Positions 1 through 12,200 of a stretch of 64,000 nt of DNA are shown here, in pieces (position 1 is the stretch's first letter; every line of letters begins with the position of its first letter). Source of the DNA: Ascidiella aspersa (taxonomy: Eukaryota). The notes beneath the pieces were generated by a model. It did not search any database and had not been told where the DNA came from. It saw only the letters and a program-made list of their open reading frames with translations. A program made the translations under genes and the position numbers. The stretch spans positions 21,514,001 through 21,578,000 of the forward strand of contig OZ004611.1 of assembly GCA_963924565.1 (NCBI GenBank), read 5' to 3'.

Positions 1-193
1 ATTAAAAATAAATAAAAAAGCAACATCTGTAAAATTTCAACGTAAAACACCCAATTCGAAATGAACATTCGTTTTCATTTAAAGTTTACTTTATCTAAAT
101 TGTTCGAAAAGAATGTGCGTGTCTAGTTCAAGCATTTATATTTTGTACGTCATTGCATCAACATGAAATTCGACACACTAAGTTTTTTCTCAC

Positions 194-271
194 CATGAAC
201 CACCTTCCATCCGATTCTCACGCTGGTCGTCGTAGTTTCCAAAACAGAAGGTTGCGGTGGACTATCCGGCA
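194..271 (-). CDS. Exon 38: FN3-18 first half (LPDSPPQPSVLETTTTSVRIGWKVVH), 78 nt; gene continues beyond window
   Basis: Phase 1-1, AG/GTGAG. Confidence 0.88.
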
Positions 272-3200
272 CTATTGAAGATATACACAGATGTGATGTT
301 ATAACTCAAATCTTAACTCATGGCATTAAGAGTGGTTAGAATGGCAACTACTAAACGCTAAAATGTGGTCTTGAATAAAATCGTGTACACATTTTTTGCG
401 TAAATGGGAAAAGATAGAAAAAACGTCTCGTTGTCTAACGTGAAAATGCACCTAGACATAACAAAATACTACAACTGCAGTATCAATGAAACCTGAACAC
501 ACATATGTGTGTTTACAACTGAAATCTAGCCCTTCTGAAGCTACTTTTTGACCAACGATTACGGCTTACATATCATTAGTATACCGAAAGCCATTGCAGA
601 CTCTTCACCGAATCTGTCGATCAATGATGCAAGCAGGGCAGACTAGAAAAACAACTAGCTGCAGTGAGGTTCGAACTCACGACCTCCGGTCAAGCCGGGA
701 CCGTCGCTATACCAACTAAACTATGTAGGCTCAGAAGGGAACGAGTCGAGAAACAACCATACGCCAATGCTTGCTCAATCTGTTAGTACAAGCAACTTCA
801 AAAGTAGTTGCACATTCGGTAAAGAGTCTGCAATGGCTTTCGGTATACTGCAGTATCACCTTTTTATTTCTCGAATTGAAATCGTTGGTTCCACGGTGAC
901 TTGAATGAATTTCGATATTGAAAACGAAACATGTTCTTACATGCCTTAATCTAAAGTAAAACCATACTTTCTCCAAATTACAACCCCCTTAAACTTTGAT
1001 GTCTATCAATCTCATATATATAAAAAATGCCGCATAAGTTTAATATTCGACTTACGCGTTGACTCCGTGATGACGACATTTTCGTCGCTTTCCCGGCCCT
1101 CCTGAATTCCCACCGATTTCATTCGGATGACGTAAGAGGTCCCGGGTCGCAGTGACGTCACAATCAGGGACTTGCCGGTCGTGGTAAGCTGCAATTCGTC
1201 ACTCGTGGAACCGTCTTCATTTTGGAAAGTGACGTCGCTCTCGGGTGAGGTGACGCGGAACGCGTAGTGTGACGTACCTAACAAGATGCAGTTGGGATTA
1301 AAACAAAAAATACAATAATTTTATTAAAATTCAAAATAAGTTGTTTACTACAAACATTAGACCCGTTTATAAGTAAAGAAAATGGCAAATATACCCGAAT
1401 CCGGAAAGAATAAACCCTTTTTAATCACACACAGTTCAACTGTCTGTGCCTTGATTTTTTGGGACGCACAAACAATTTTTTTCGGAGAAGACGTTACAAA
1501 AATGTGACATAACCTGACGTCATAAAACAAGTAATTGAAACCCTCTGTGCCCGGTGTAACTTGCGCGCACATATTTAACTGAAATTAATAATGAAATAGA
1601 GTCTATTGATTCGCTAAACTCGAAAATATGTTGCGTTATCCGGTTTAAGTTGGCATCTTTTCACCCTTGGTAAAGGGGTTACTTGTATAACGCCGGGTTT
1701 AAGATAAAAAAAACTTTAATCACCCCTGAAAATTGGTGGCGATCTTATTCACATAATAACCACTGGTCTGCCTGTTTTGACACTGAAAGCACAACAATGC
1801 TAATACCGTGCGACAAATTTTATACAATTTTTTTGGTCATTTTTTTAGTGTAGGAATAACTGACATGTTGCTGAGAAGTTCAACATACCGTAAGAACGCT
1901 TCCACTGAAATCCAATAGCGCTTGTCGTAATGTTGTCCACTTTGATCTGTGTTGCTTCTTTGGGAACTGTAAGACGGTTGGCATTAAATTGGAAGCACGA
2001 AATAGAGATAAATAAATCTTAGTGTAATAAAGTAACAGTAAGGAAAAATAATCTTAAACAAGTTAACGAGCCACATTTGTTAAATCTAAAAAATAGAATT
2101 GTCTACGACCTACGTAATGTGTATATGTGTTAATGTGTTGGTAATAATAGACAAAAAAAACTTACTGCTGCAAGATGTTAAATCAAACAAACTAAAATTT
2201 ATATATATTACAGACGTCGGCCAAGAAACCGGCTGAATTATCATATATATTTAAAATACTTTGTATGTGTTATAAATTTTTGCAGTGACAATGGCAATGT
2301 AGTGTTATTCCAGAATATGATATCCCCTTTTTCGTAACTATATAGCTCATGAAAAACCTGTTGGCGAACATTTTATGAAGGGTTGCTCAGTTTAAAAGAC
2401 CCTCGAGTTTCGAAGAAAAAGTAAGTAAGGAAACGGCACAAAGCGACGTGGTTAAACAAACACTACATAATAGGTAACCCTACTTGTTTGTATCGACAAA
2501 ACTTGGCTCCCTTGCGCGTTGATACGATCTTCTTCGCCGATTGAAAACACGGTGAAGTTGTAAAAGGCTCCGCGTCGAAGAGACCGAACGGTCACTTCCG
2601 GTTGGCTGACGTCATCAACTTTCGGATAGCTATCGCTCGATGCGATTGCGATTCGGTATCGTACAGCGCCTAAAAAAAAAACACGGCACGTAGTATGCTA
2701 TAGAATAGATAGTTGAGTCAAATATCAAAGCTCATACAGAAGTAGGTAGCATTTTGAACGTTTCGAATAACTCTTTATTCATTTTCATCTTTTTTGGAAC
2801 ATTTTTTCGATGTTCAAAATAAATAAAGAGTTATCGAAACGTTCAAAATGATACCTACTTCTGTATGGGCTTTAATATTCTTATAGTTGAGTCTGTTTTG
2901 TATGCTCAATAAATGCAATCACTCACAAACAAACAGTTCAAGTGGTTCGTACAGTTTGAAGTTCTTAACGAAATGTCTCCGTATTCGAGCAAACAATATC
3001 CCCAAAAGTCAACATAATAGTTTATTTTTATTTAAAACATAAAAATTTAACTGAAACATCTGGTTTTAATATGGAATTGTTTGAGATATCAAGAATTCTT
3101 ATAGGCGTTTATTGGCAAGAAATTTAACTTACTTTAGGTGACACACTAAATTAGTGAGCTAATTACATAAGCGGGAAAAAATGTAACAACTGCTCTATTC

Positions 3201-6200
3201 CAAATGAGTGTTTTACAGAGTAAGGGGGTCAAGTCCGTTATATAACATAACCTATTTTTTAACCGAGTAAGGCGTTTTTTTAGGTAACGAAAGTGCAGCA
3301 ATCAATTAAAAATCGATTAAAAGTGGCAAGGTTAAGTTTCTCTTAAGGCAGCAGCTTTACCTTTCACCGCTTGCCAACGTAGTGATACTCTATTGCCAAA
3401 AACGCCGCTGGCTTCAACTCCAGCTGGGGTAGCGGGAACTGCAAACACAAAAAGTTTAAATGGAAAAACAAAATGTAACAATGTACAAATGTACCTTGTG
3501 GGTTATCAAATGTACGTTATTAATATTTCGGGACTTTAAAATATAACTTAGTTAATAGCGGTGTATTAGGAATTTTCAGAAAATACCCCAAAAAATTACC
3601 ATTTCTTGTAAAGCGGTAATAAAACATGTCCTCACATTCGTTTCAATTATATCAGGAAAAATATTTTCTCTTTCTGAAAACGTCACCAATTTAAAGTCAA
3701 CGCGGGTCCTTAAACATGGCGTAAAATGCATATAAATAAAAAATCATACTTCCTTCAAAACGTTACGACCAAAAAAATAAAGCATAATTTCTTTTCTCAT
3801 AAATTATATCGGCAAAACAAAAAATATGGACACTTTTCCACAAACCAACTTACCAGTCGCTGTTGAAAACTGGGCGTCTTGAATGCTTTTCACTCGATCG
3901 TCGCCTATCGAACGGATTGCGAAGTTGTACCTGGTGCCGGCAAGAAGTGACGTCACCGTTTCGGTCATTCCGGTGACCTCAAGGGTCGTGACGTCTCCCG
4001 TGTCCGACGTAACGGTTATTTCGTACGACGACGCACCTAAACATGGTAAAGTTCAGTTAAGTTTATCACGTTTCGTATAAACAACATATTATTACGGTTT
4101 CAATCGCAAAAAAAGTACAGCTGAAAATTCTACTGACTTAAACACAAAAACTAGGCGTACTACTTCAAAAACTCTTAATTGGACCAAACAAACACCTCGT
4201 AAATAAATTACTACATATTTTACAAAACTCGATTTTTTTTTTACAAAACTCGATAAACTTCGTACGTCTAAATAGGGTAATGACATTTCATACAACTTTT
4301 GAATTTAAAACGTTTAATATAACAAAGAGTTGTATTAATTCGGGAAACCCTATAATTGGAATTTTATTGTTGTTTCAAATTTGCCTAATATAGTGGATAC
4401 TATATTTATTGTATCAGAATCTATTTACGTTTAAACAAATAACGAGCACAGTTTTGTGTTTTAAATTCTAAATTAAATTTGTTTGTCGCTTTCGAAAATA
4501 TTCCTAGATGCAAGCAACCTTAAGTCGTGTATGGCCACAAAAAGACAAAAAGTTAATACAAATTATTCTACAAAAAACATTGCTAAAGTTTATATGCAAT
4601 CCCCTTACCAACGGCCTGGTTCCAGCTAAGGTCGATGCTATCCGTATTAATCGCGGTGTAATCGAACTCGCCCGGCGGCAGCGTCACGGTCTGCTGCACT
4701 ACGGCTTCCGACAGCCCTGACGTTTTCTTGCCCTCCCCTAAAGTTTGAAGTCGTATCGTGTAGCGGGTTCCCGGTTCAAGTCCGTCCCTGACCAACGAAG
4801 TTTCCGTGGTTCGATCGGTGAACACGTTTCCGGTGCCTTGCTGCTCAAAGGTAACGATGTACTCGACAACAGTACCTATCAGAGAAAGGAAAACCTTTAA
4901 CAAAAAATGTATGTCGCATAGGGATGTTCTATAAACCTATAATATCGGATCGGAACCTTTACCCGATGTCAAAGCTATTATCGGTAGTCGACCGATACTA
5001 GGGTAGTATCGGTGCCGGAATTTTAGCCATGTTTGGCAGTCCTATACACTTCGATTTCTAATGAGAATGGTTTATTTATTAATAAAAAATCAAGTTAACA
5101 ACTGGGTTGACTAAACTTTTTAACGCTAAAATAAATTTTGACCCTATAAACTGAAAAAAAATAACGTTTACCGTATTCATTTTATCTAGGTTGCTTGTGA
5201 GCTTTGCAATGACGTATTTCGCTGTCGGATCTGATCTCGATAGGTTTTGTCAAATATTTGGGGTATCGGAATAGAAATAAAAAAGTATAATTCATCCCTA
5301 AAGTCTAAAATAGACAACTATAACAACACGCTTTTCAAAAGTGGAACAATAGAAACTTTCAGTTCAGTTATCTGATGAAATTGTTAATCAAAATGTCGGT
5401 CTATGATTTTTAAGAAACAAGAAACATTGACGTTTACCTCTTACAGCTTCCCAAGTGATTGAGATGGAATCTTCAGTAAATGCAGACACGACGGCCGAAG
5501 CGGGTGTATCAGGAACTGTAAAAGAAAAAAAGAGTTTAACTGGTTATTGGACAATCTTTGTAAATGGCTGTAGTTGTCTAATTGTAAATATGGTAATCAG
5601 GTGGCACTATATAAAGACAAATGGTATATGGATTCTCGACAAGTTTTTGCACAACCGTGCTTTACAGCAGAATTAACACAATTTATCTTTTAAAGTGTCA
5701 CCTGATTACCGCGGTTAATGGACAGACGAACTTATCCCAAAGCACGAAGACACACGCCATTATGCACAAACGTACGAACACACGGACCTACGCAAGCACC
5801 TGACACACACACATATACACGCGCGTATACAAAGCACAAGGACGGCGCAGATACGCACTTAAGACCGTATCTACACACATACACGACACTATGCACAGAT
5901 GAAACGTACGTACACACGGACCCACGCACGTATCAAGGCACACACACACGCGTGCGCGTGCTGCTACTGCATAACGCAGGAACACAGATCTATACACACA
6001 CATCACGTTACACAGACTCACGAAGAAAATCGTATTACATGATTACAAAATAACTCTCCCGAAAAGGAAAACAATATTAAAGTAACTAAATGAGTACCTG
6101 TTGATTCGAAGTAGTTGATCGTTTCTTCTCCCTTTCTGTCCTGCTCGCCGACAGCCAAGACGTCGAAGGTGTAAGTCGTTCCAGGGATAAGGTCGTCAAT

Positions 6201-9200
6201 TTGCAGCTGGGTTGTGGCGGACGGGAGAATCTTTATTGTCGATTCTCCTCGCTTTACCTCCACCAGGTACGACCGGGCCCCTTAAAATACAAATTTTTAT
6301 AAGTTTCTGTTTTCTTTTTGTATTTACCGTTATCTTTGATATTTGTTTTTAGCGCTAATTACATATCTTTTGTTAGTTTTTTAGTTTAGCTGTTTCGTTT
6401 CGCCTGAAAACGAAAATCACGCTGGGATAACCGAGTTCTAGTGTTTTCCTAGATTACAATATATTTTGGTAATACAGAAAAACACAAAGTAGTTTATATA
6501 CGACGTACTGAACACATGTCTATTAAGGCTTCATTGATATAATCCAAACCCCAAGGACAATGCTACTTGCGGTTAATACCGGCAATGCGTGAATGTGTAT
6601 GGACAAACAAACTCTCTTACCTATAGTTTCGTCCCAGGCAAGTTCCACGTGGTTTGTGCTCACGGAAGTTGTTCGCACATTTTCGGGCGGTGAGGGCGCT
6701 GAAACATGAATACAAAAAAATGTAAACTGATATTTTATTGACCTTTGAAAGCTCTAAAACAGTGTTTCTCAACCAATGAGTCGCGAACCAAAATTTGGTC
6801 GCCGTTTGATTTGGTTGGGTCGCCGACTGCACTAGTTCACATGGTTAGATTTATTTAATAGGAGTTGTGAGCCGGATTACTCCGAAATTTAGGAAACTTG
6901 CAGAAGCAATAGAAAGACATGGCTCATATTTAGTAAATTAGAATTTGTTTATGCTATAGTCTTATTGGTCTTCTTTCTTTTAAGCCTACAAAAAGTTTAA
7001 TCAAGTTAATTGGGTCGCCAAAGTGTCGCTGTTTTACTTACGCTTAGTATTTGGGTCGCTGCGACAAAAGGTTGTGAAGCACTGCTTTAGAATGGTTTTG
7101 ATACGTAGTTAATTCAATAAAATATATAACTCAATCTTATATCCGTGTTTTTTAGATTTTGGTATGGAACAGACATTCACACACATGTGTGTACCCTGTA
7201 CAACTGTGGTCCAGCCCTTCTGAAGTCGTGGTGACCGATGCTATTTTGTTTTTTTTGCGTAACAAAACTATAAAAATCTGGCCTGCAATGAATTTTAACT
7301 CACCAACTCGGCCACACCAGGCGCTCTACCGATTAAGCAAAGAGGGAGAGTCAGGTGAGAAACAACCATTGCGCGTTGCATCCCAAAGAGAAGAAACAAC
7401 AAACGTCTGGCTTATAGTTCACGTCGCTAAAATAGATTACCGGTGTTTAAATTCAACGAACCTGTGTACACAACCAGCTCCTGACTTCCATCAGTATTTC
7501 GACGACTCTGCTTTCCCACCGAGTAAACTCGAAACGTGTATTGAGTACCCGCGACCAAGTCGGTCACGACTCCTGAGTTCGACGTGAACTCGCTTGATTT
7601 CACCTCCCCACTCGGGTCCCGAGAAGTTACAATATAGCGACGGGCACCTGGTACAAAGTATACAAAATACGTTAGACGATATGGAGTTATACAGCAGTGG
7701 CTCTAGGTTCACTCTATAGCAGTAAGTTCAGCTTTTAGATATGAAATTCGGCTAGAACTTAAAATTATTGCAATGTTGGCAACTTCAAGTACAAATGTTT
7801 CTTTGTAGATGTTTGGGTACAATTGTAAGGTTATATCACAAATGGAATATGTAATTGCAAGATAGCTCAGCGTTACAAGTCAGAAACTGGATTACATTCT
7901 GTAGAATTCGCAATCCAGTAACGTCAAGTAAAATATGTTGATGCCCAAATATGCACATGCTCGACCAGTGGTTCTCAACCTTTTTTCTTTCGTGGCCCAT
8001 TTTCGTTGTACAAAAATTCTGTGGCCCAATAAATGTTTATGAAAAAACAATTATGAAATCGATTTAGAACAAAAAATAGCAGAACATGTTTCAAAACATA
8101 TTATTTCTTTAACCGTGCATTAGTGAGCTGCTGAACAATAAATTTACATTTCTTCTCAATTCTTTCCCAAGCCATTATTTCTGTAAAATTAAGTGTAGTG
8201 ACACAAATAAAACCTAATTCTTCATTAAATCTAGCTTTATAAAATTGGTCTGTGGCCCGCTCAAAATGTTCCCATGGCCCACTAATGAGCCATGGCCCAC
8301 TGGTTGAGAACCGCTGTGCTCGACCACGGTATTTGGGTATATTTGAAGAGTTAGACAGCACGCTAAATACGGCGTAGAAACGGCGCAACTAAACCAAGTT
8401 CCATGCGTTGTAAGCATTGTTAAGAGTAATAAAAGCTGTACCCTGTGAAGAGTTGATATTGGCCCGTTGTTCATCACTTTGCACTGTTCGCCAAATTTCG
8501 TTATGAACACTGGAGATTCTTTACGACGTTATTAGTACGTGACAACGATACAAAAACTTGTCGGTCGAATTGCAAACGGGCCTTGAAATGCCAACGACCA
8601 ACACTTACCTTTAATTTTGTTCCAGTTAAGTTCTACAGATTGAGCGGTGGCGGCTAAAACACTTGGTTGGTCGGGTGAAGCAGGAACTAAAAGTTTAAAA
8701 TAAGTTAACTCACATGTATGTTGAACACATAAATGCAGAATAGTAAGCACATTGGTTGGTCGATATACATATTAAAGTTTGGATTATTTCTTCTCGAGAG
8801 TAAATAAACGGCACCCCGGTCGTGAACCACTGTCGTATATATATAAAAAAGCTTGGGAAGTGCCAATTACCGTTTTTTCGCGACAAAACAAAACATAACT
8901 CCCGGCCAGAGTTCAACCAATTACATTAATTCAGTTCAATTGCAATTACAATTATATTAACTGTAATTAATTACATCAATTGTAGTTTTCGGCATTAAAA
9001 CTTCAGTTTTCTCAATAAAAATGTATTGAGCCTAACTTTAAGCAAATTACAATTAGAATTAGAACTACACAAAATGAAAATGCCTCAATTACATTACAAT
9101 TACAATTTCGTTAAAACCTGTAATTAATTACTACAATTACAAATGACAATTGATCCAACTCTGCAATCCGAAACCCGTTTTTTTCGCTCTGGTTTCTCAC

Positions 9201-12200
9201 ACTGCGACTCATTTCACGTCGCTACTCCTGCACTCACCGGTTTCCTCCGTCACCGGCAGACTCCTCTTGCTTTTCCTTTTAGAGTCTTCTCCCACGCTGG
9301 TGACCTGGAACACGTACTCGGTGCCGCTCTTCAAGTCCTCCACCCTCACGTTTGTGTCCTCCGTTTGGATGTCTGGCAGTGACGTCGAACCTTCGCGAAT
9401 GGCGATGACGTAGTATGCGGCGCCTGGAGAAAAATATTGGCAGGGATTTTAAGGGTGTGTCTTTGGTGTTGTGAGGAAACTTCGCTTTATCTGGCTCGCT
9501 TATGATTCTTAACATTATGCAGATTTGTAATAAGTTTTAAGTGCAATGTTTAAGTCACTGTTTTTAAATAATTTGACTTGAGTGAAGTCTTTCGGGCAAA
9601 ATTACTTGAATTGACGAAAGTCTTTACAACAAATGACTTTACTTTACTAAAGTCTTTCGGACGAATGACTTAGGTTAAAATTAAGTGTTTTTATTAGGTA
9701 TTTTTTTTTAATAAAATTGAGTTATCTATCTTAATTGTTGCACATAAAATAATTTGCTTGTTATATATGGCGTTTATCTTGACTGAGACTTGTGAAGTAA
9801 ATTCACAGACTAAAACCCTTTTTAAAGTTGTCAGATCGGTTGGGCAGAAATCACAAATAAGATTCTTAAAGACCGAACGAGTGAAACCAGCAGAAACACA
9901 TGTTTGACAAAAATGTTTTTGTAGGAAGCTATATACTGTTCCATAACTTAACTTTAAAAACTTTATAACAGTGAAACTGCCAGGGTTGATATTGTGTACA
10001 TAAAGATAAGGAAAACAGAAAGTGAAAAATGATATAATTTGTAACGTTCAATATTGTACTGCGCAAATGCGCTAAGCGATCCTGTCGGAAATTTGGGTTT
10101 GCATCATAGTTTACCAGCTACTAATGTCGCAGAATATTTCGCGTTACTTCTGTGTACAGAAAATATATTATTTATTTCAACGTAAAAAAACATAAATTAA
10201 GAAAACAAACAGAGAGTACTCAACAAAAAATTGTTTTGTGAATTTTTTAAACATACAACAATGACAGAACAGAGCTGGAACTTTTCAAAAAAGTAATATG
10301 AACATAGTCAGAACATACCGACGACAAAGTTCCAGTTGAGAAACATCGTACTCGTAGTAATTTCGGTGATGTCGATGTTAATTGGAGCAAGAGGAACTGA
10401 AAACGGGATAAAAAGCAAGAATATTTCTTAAATGGTAAATACGCAATCAAAGTCTATCAGGCTTATATATTAACCATTAGGCTTTGCGCGACCATTGGTG
10501 CCGTATTTTAAACCATCTTCGCGAATTTTGTTCTATACCCGTTCAAATAAAGTAAGTTCAATAATCACTTAACAGGTGAAAACCGTGCTGTTTGCAATGA
10601 AAGGTGGATGGCTCAAGCAGTGTTTTTTGTGTTTTGGGATTTCTCCAGCGGTTTCCCAAATTTTGGACTTTTCCCAAATTTTCAACTTTTTGGTATTTAA
10701 ATGAAACACTTGCGGTCTCTTAAAACTACTTAGCGGTCAACCAAACCAAACCTTAAAAAAAAACCGGATGGCTGTATTAAAATGCACAGTGTACTATCCT
10801 TTTAACTGAACAACAACGTTTTTTTTTTTTTATGATCTAAATCTTAAAAAAGTGACACTTTTTTCACGGTCACTTCAGGTGTCACTATAAGTAAAATCTA
10901 CGTATAGGCACAAAAACTGCCAAAAAGAACTTTTGGCAAAGTTTCGCACAACAAAGTACTATACGTTTAAATACGTTTTTCGCGGCAAGTATCAATGAAG
11001 GGAAAGCAAGACTTCAAACCTGTTTGCGCGGTCAGGACAGGGCTTGCGACCAAGTTTCGTCTGCGCCTTGTTCCGACGGAAAGAACGCTCATGTTGTACC
11101 AGGCGCCGGGCACCAGGTCATAGACGGTGCTGGCCGAACCGACCGATTCAACCTCCCAGTCGGAATAGTTGCTCGGAGTAAACTGAACCACTTTGATCAC
11201 ATAGTGCTGGGCGCCTGCGCGACACAAAAATAAAAATACGCATTTTTAAACAGCGTTATACCGTACGAATTTCAGGTACCGTCAAGGTTCACTAGAGATG
11301 GCGGCGGCGAATCTAGATATGAGCATTAGAATTTAGTCGGGAAGAAGTACTTGGCATTTTTTCAACGACTCGGCAAATTCAAAGTTTAAAATTGGGATTA
11401 TTGGTAGGTTAGGTCATTTTTTTCGTAGTGTTTCAAGGATTTAGGCCTGGTGTCATTACAATTCCGCTTATTAAATGAAATTAAATAGTAAAACACCTAA
11501 GCTAGATCAGTTTAAAATGATAGATAACTAATAATCCTTTTGTGTTTGTAACTCCGATATATAATATCTAATATATATTTTCTTTTAATGTTTTTTTATT
11601 TAACGCTAGGTAACATTATTATCAACAACATGTCAAATAGGTTACTGTTTTTCAACCCAAAGGTTCGCCGTTTGAATTGGCTGGGACGCGATGTATTAAG
11701 ATTTAGGAAAAGCGCATTAAGAATACGGAGGCAAGGTTCATTTTAACGGAATTCTTTATTTATTATTTCTTCGCTTACAGAACGATCGATGAAGAGATTC
11801 ACCCATAAGCATTGCCGTTAATTTACGTCTATTATTTGGGTGGCCGGAACAAAAGGTTTAGAAGTACTGAAAAATAAGGACATACCTTTCACATCATTCC
11901 ACTCCATTGCGATACTTGTGGTGGTCACTCCATCCAAAATCGGCCTTTCAGGAGTCACGGGAACTACACAAAATATGTGACGTTTAGGCGTTTACTGTAA
12001 CAGAATTATTAATCCTCCCAAAAATATAAAATGTTATATTAACAGCATATTTGTTAAATTTTTTCTTTGTACGTTCGTTGATGACGAAACAAAGTATACT
12101 GCACGTTTATATAAACGTGTGCTATGCACACTGTGGTACGATGTATTCACACTTACTGCGGATCGGCTTAATATGTTCAGTATTTTCCGGGGACGGCTTT

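Noticed and set aside
5718-6053. His/Thr- and Val/Cys-rich ORFs
   Set aside because: Translation of a CA-rich low-complexity tract.
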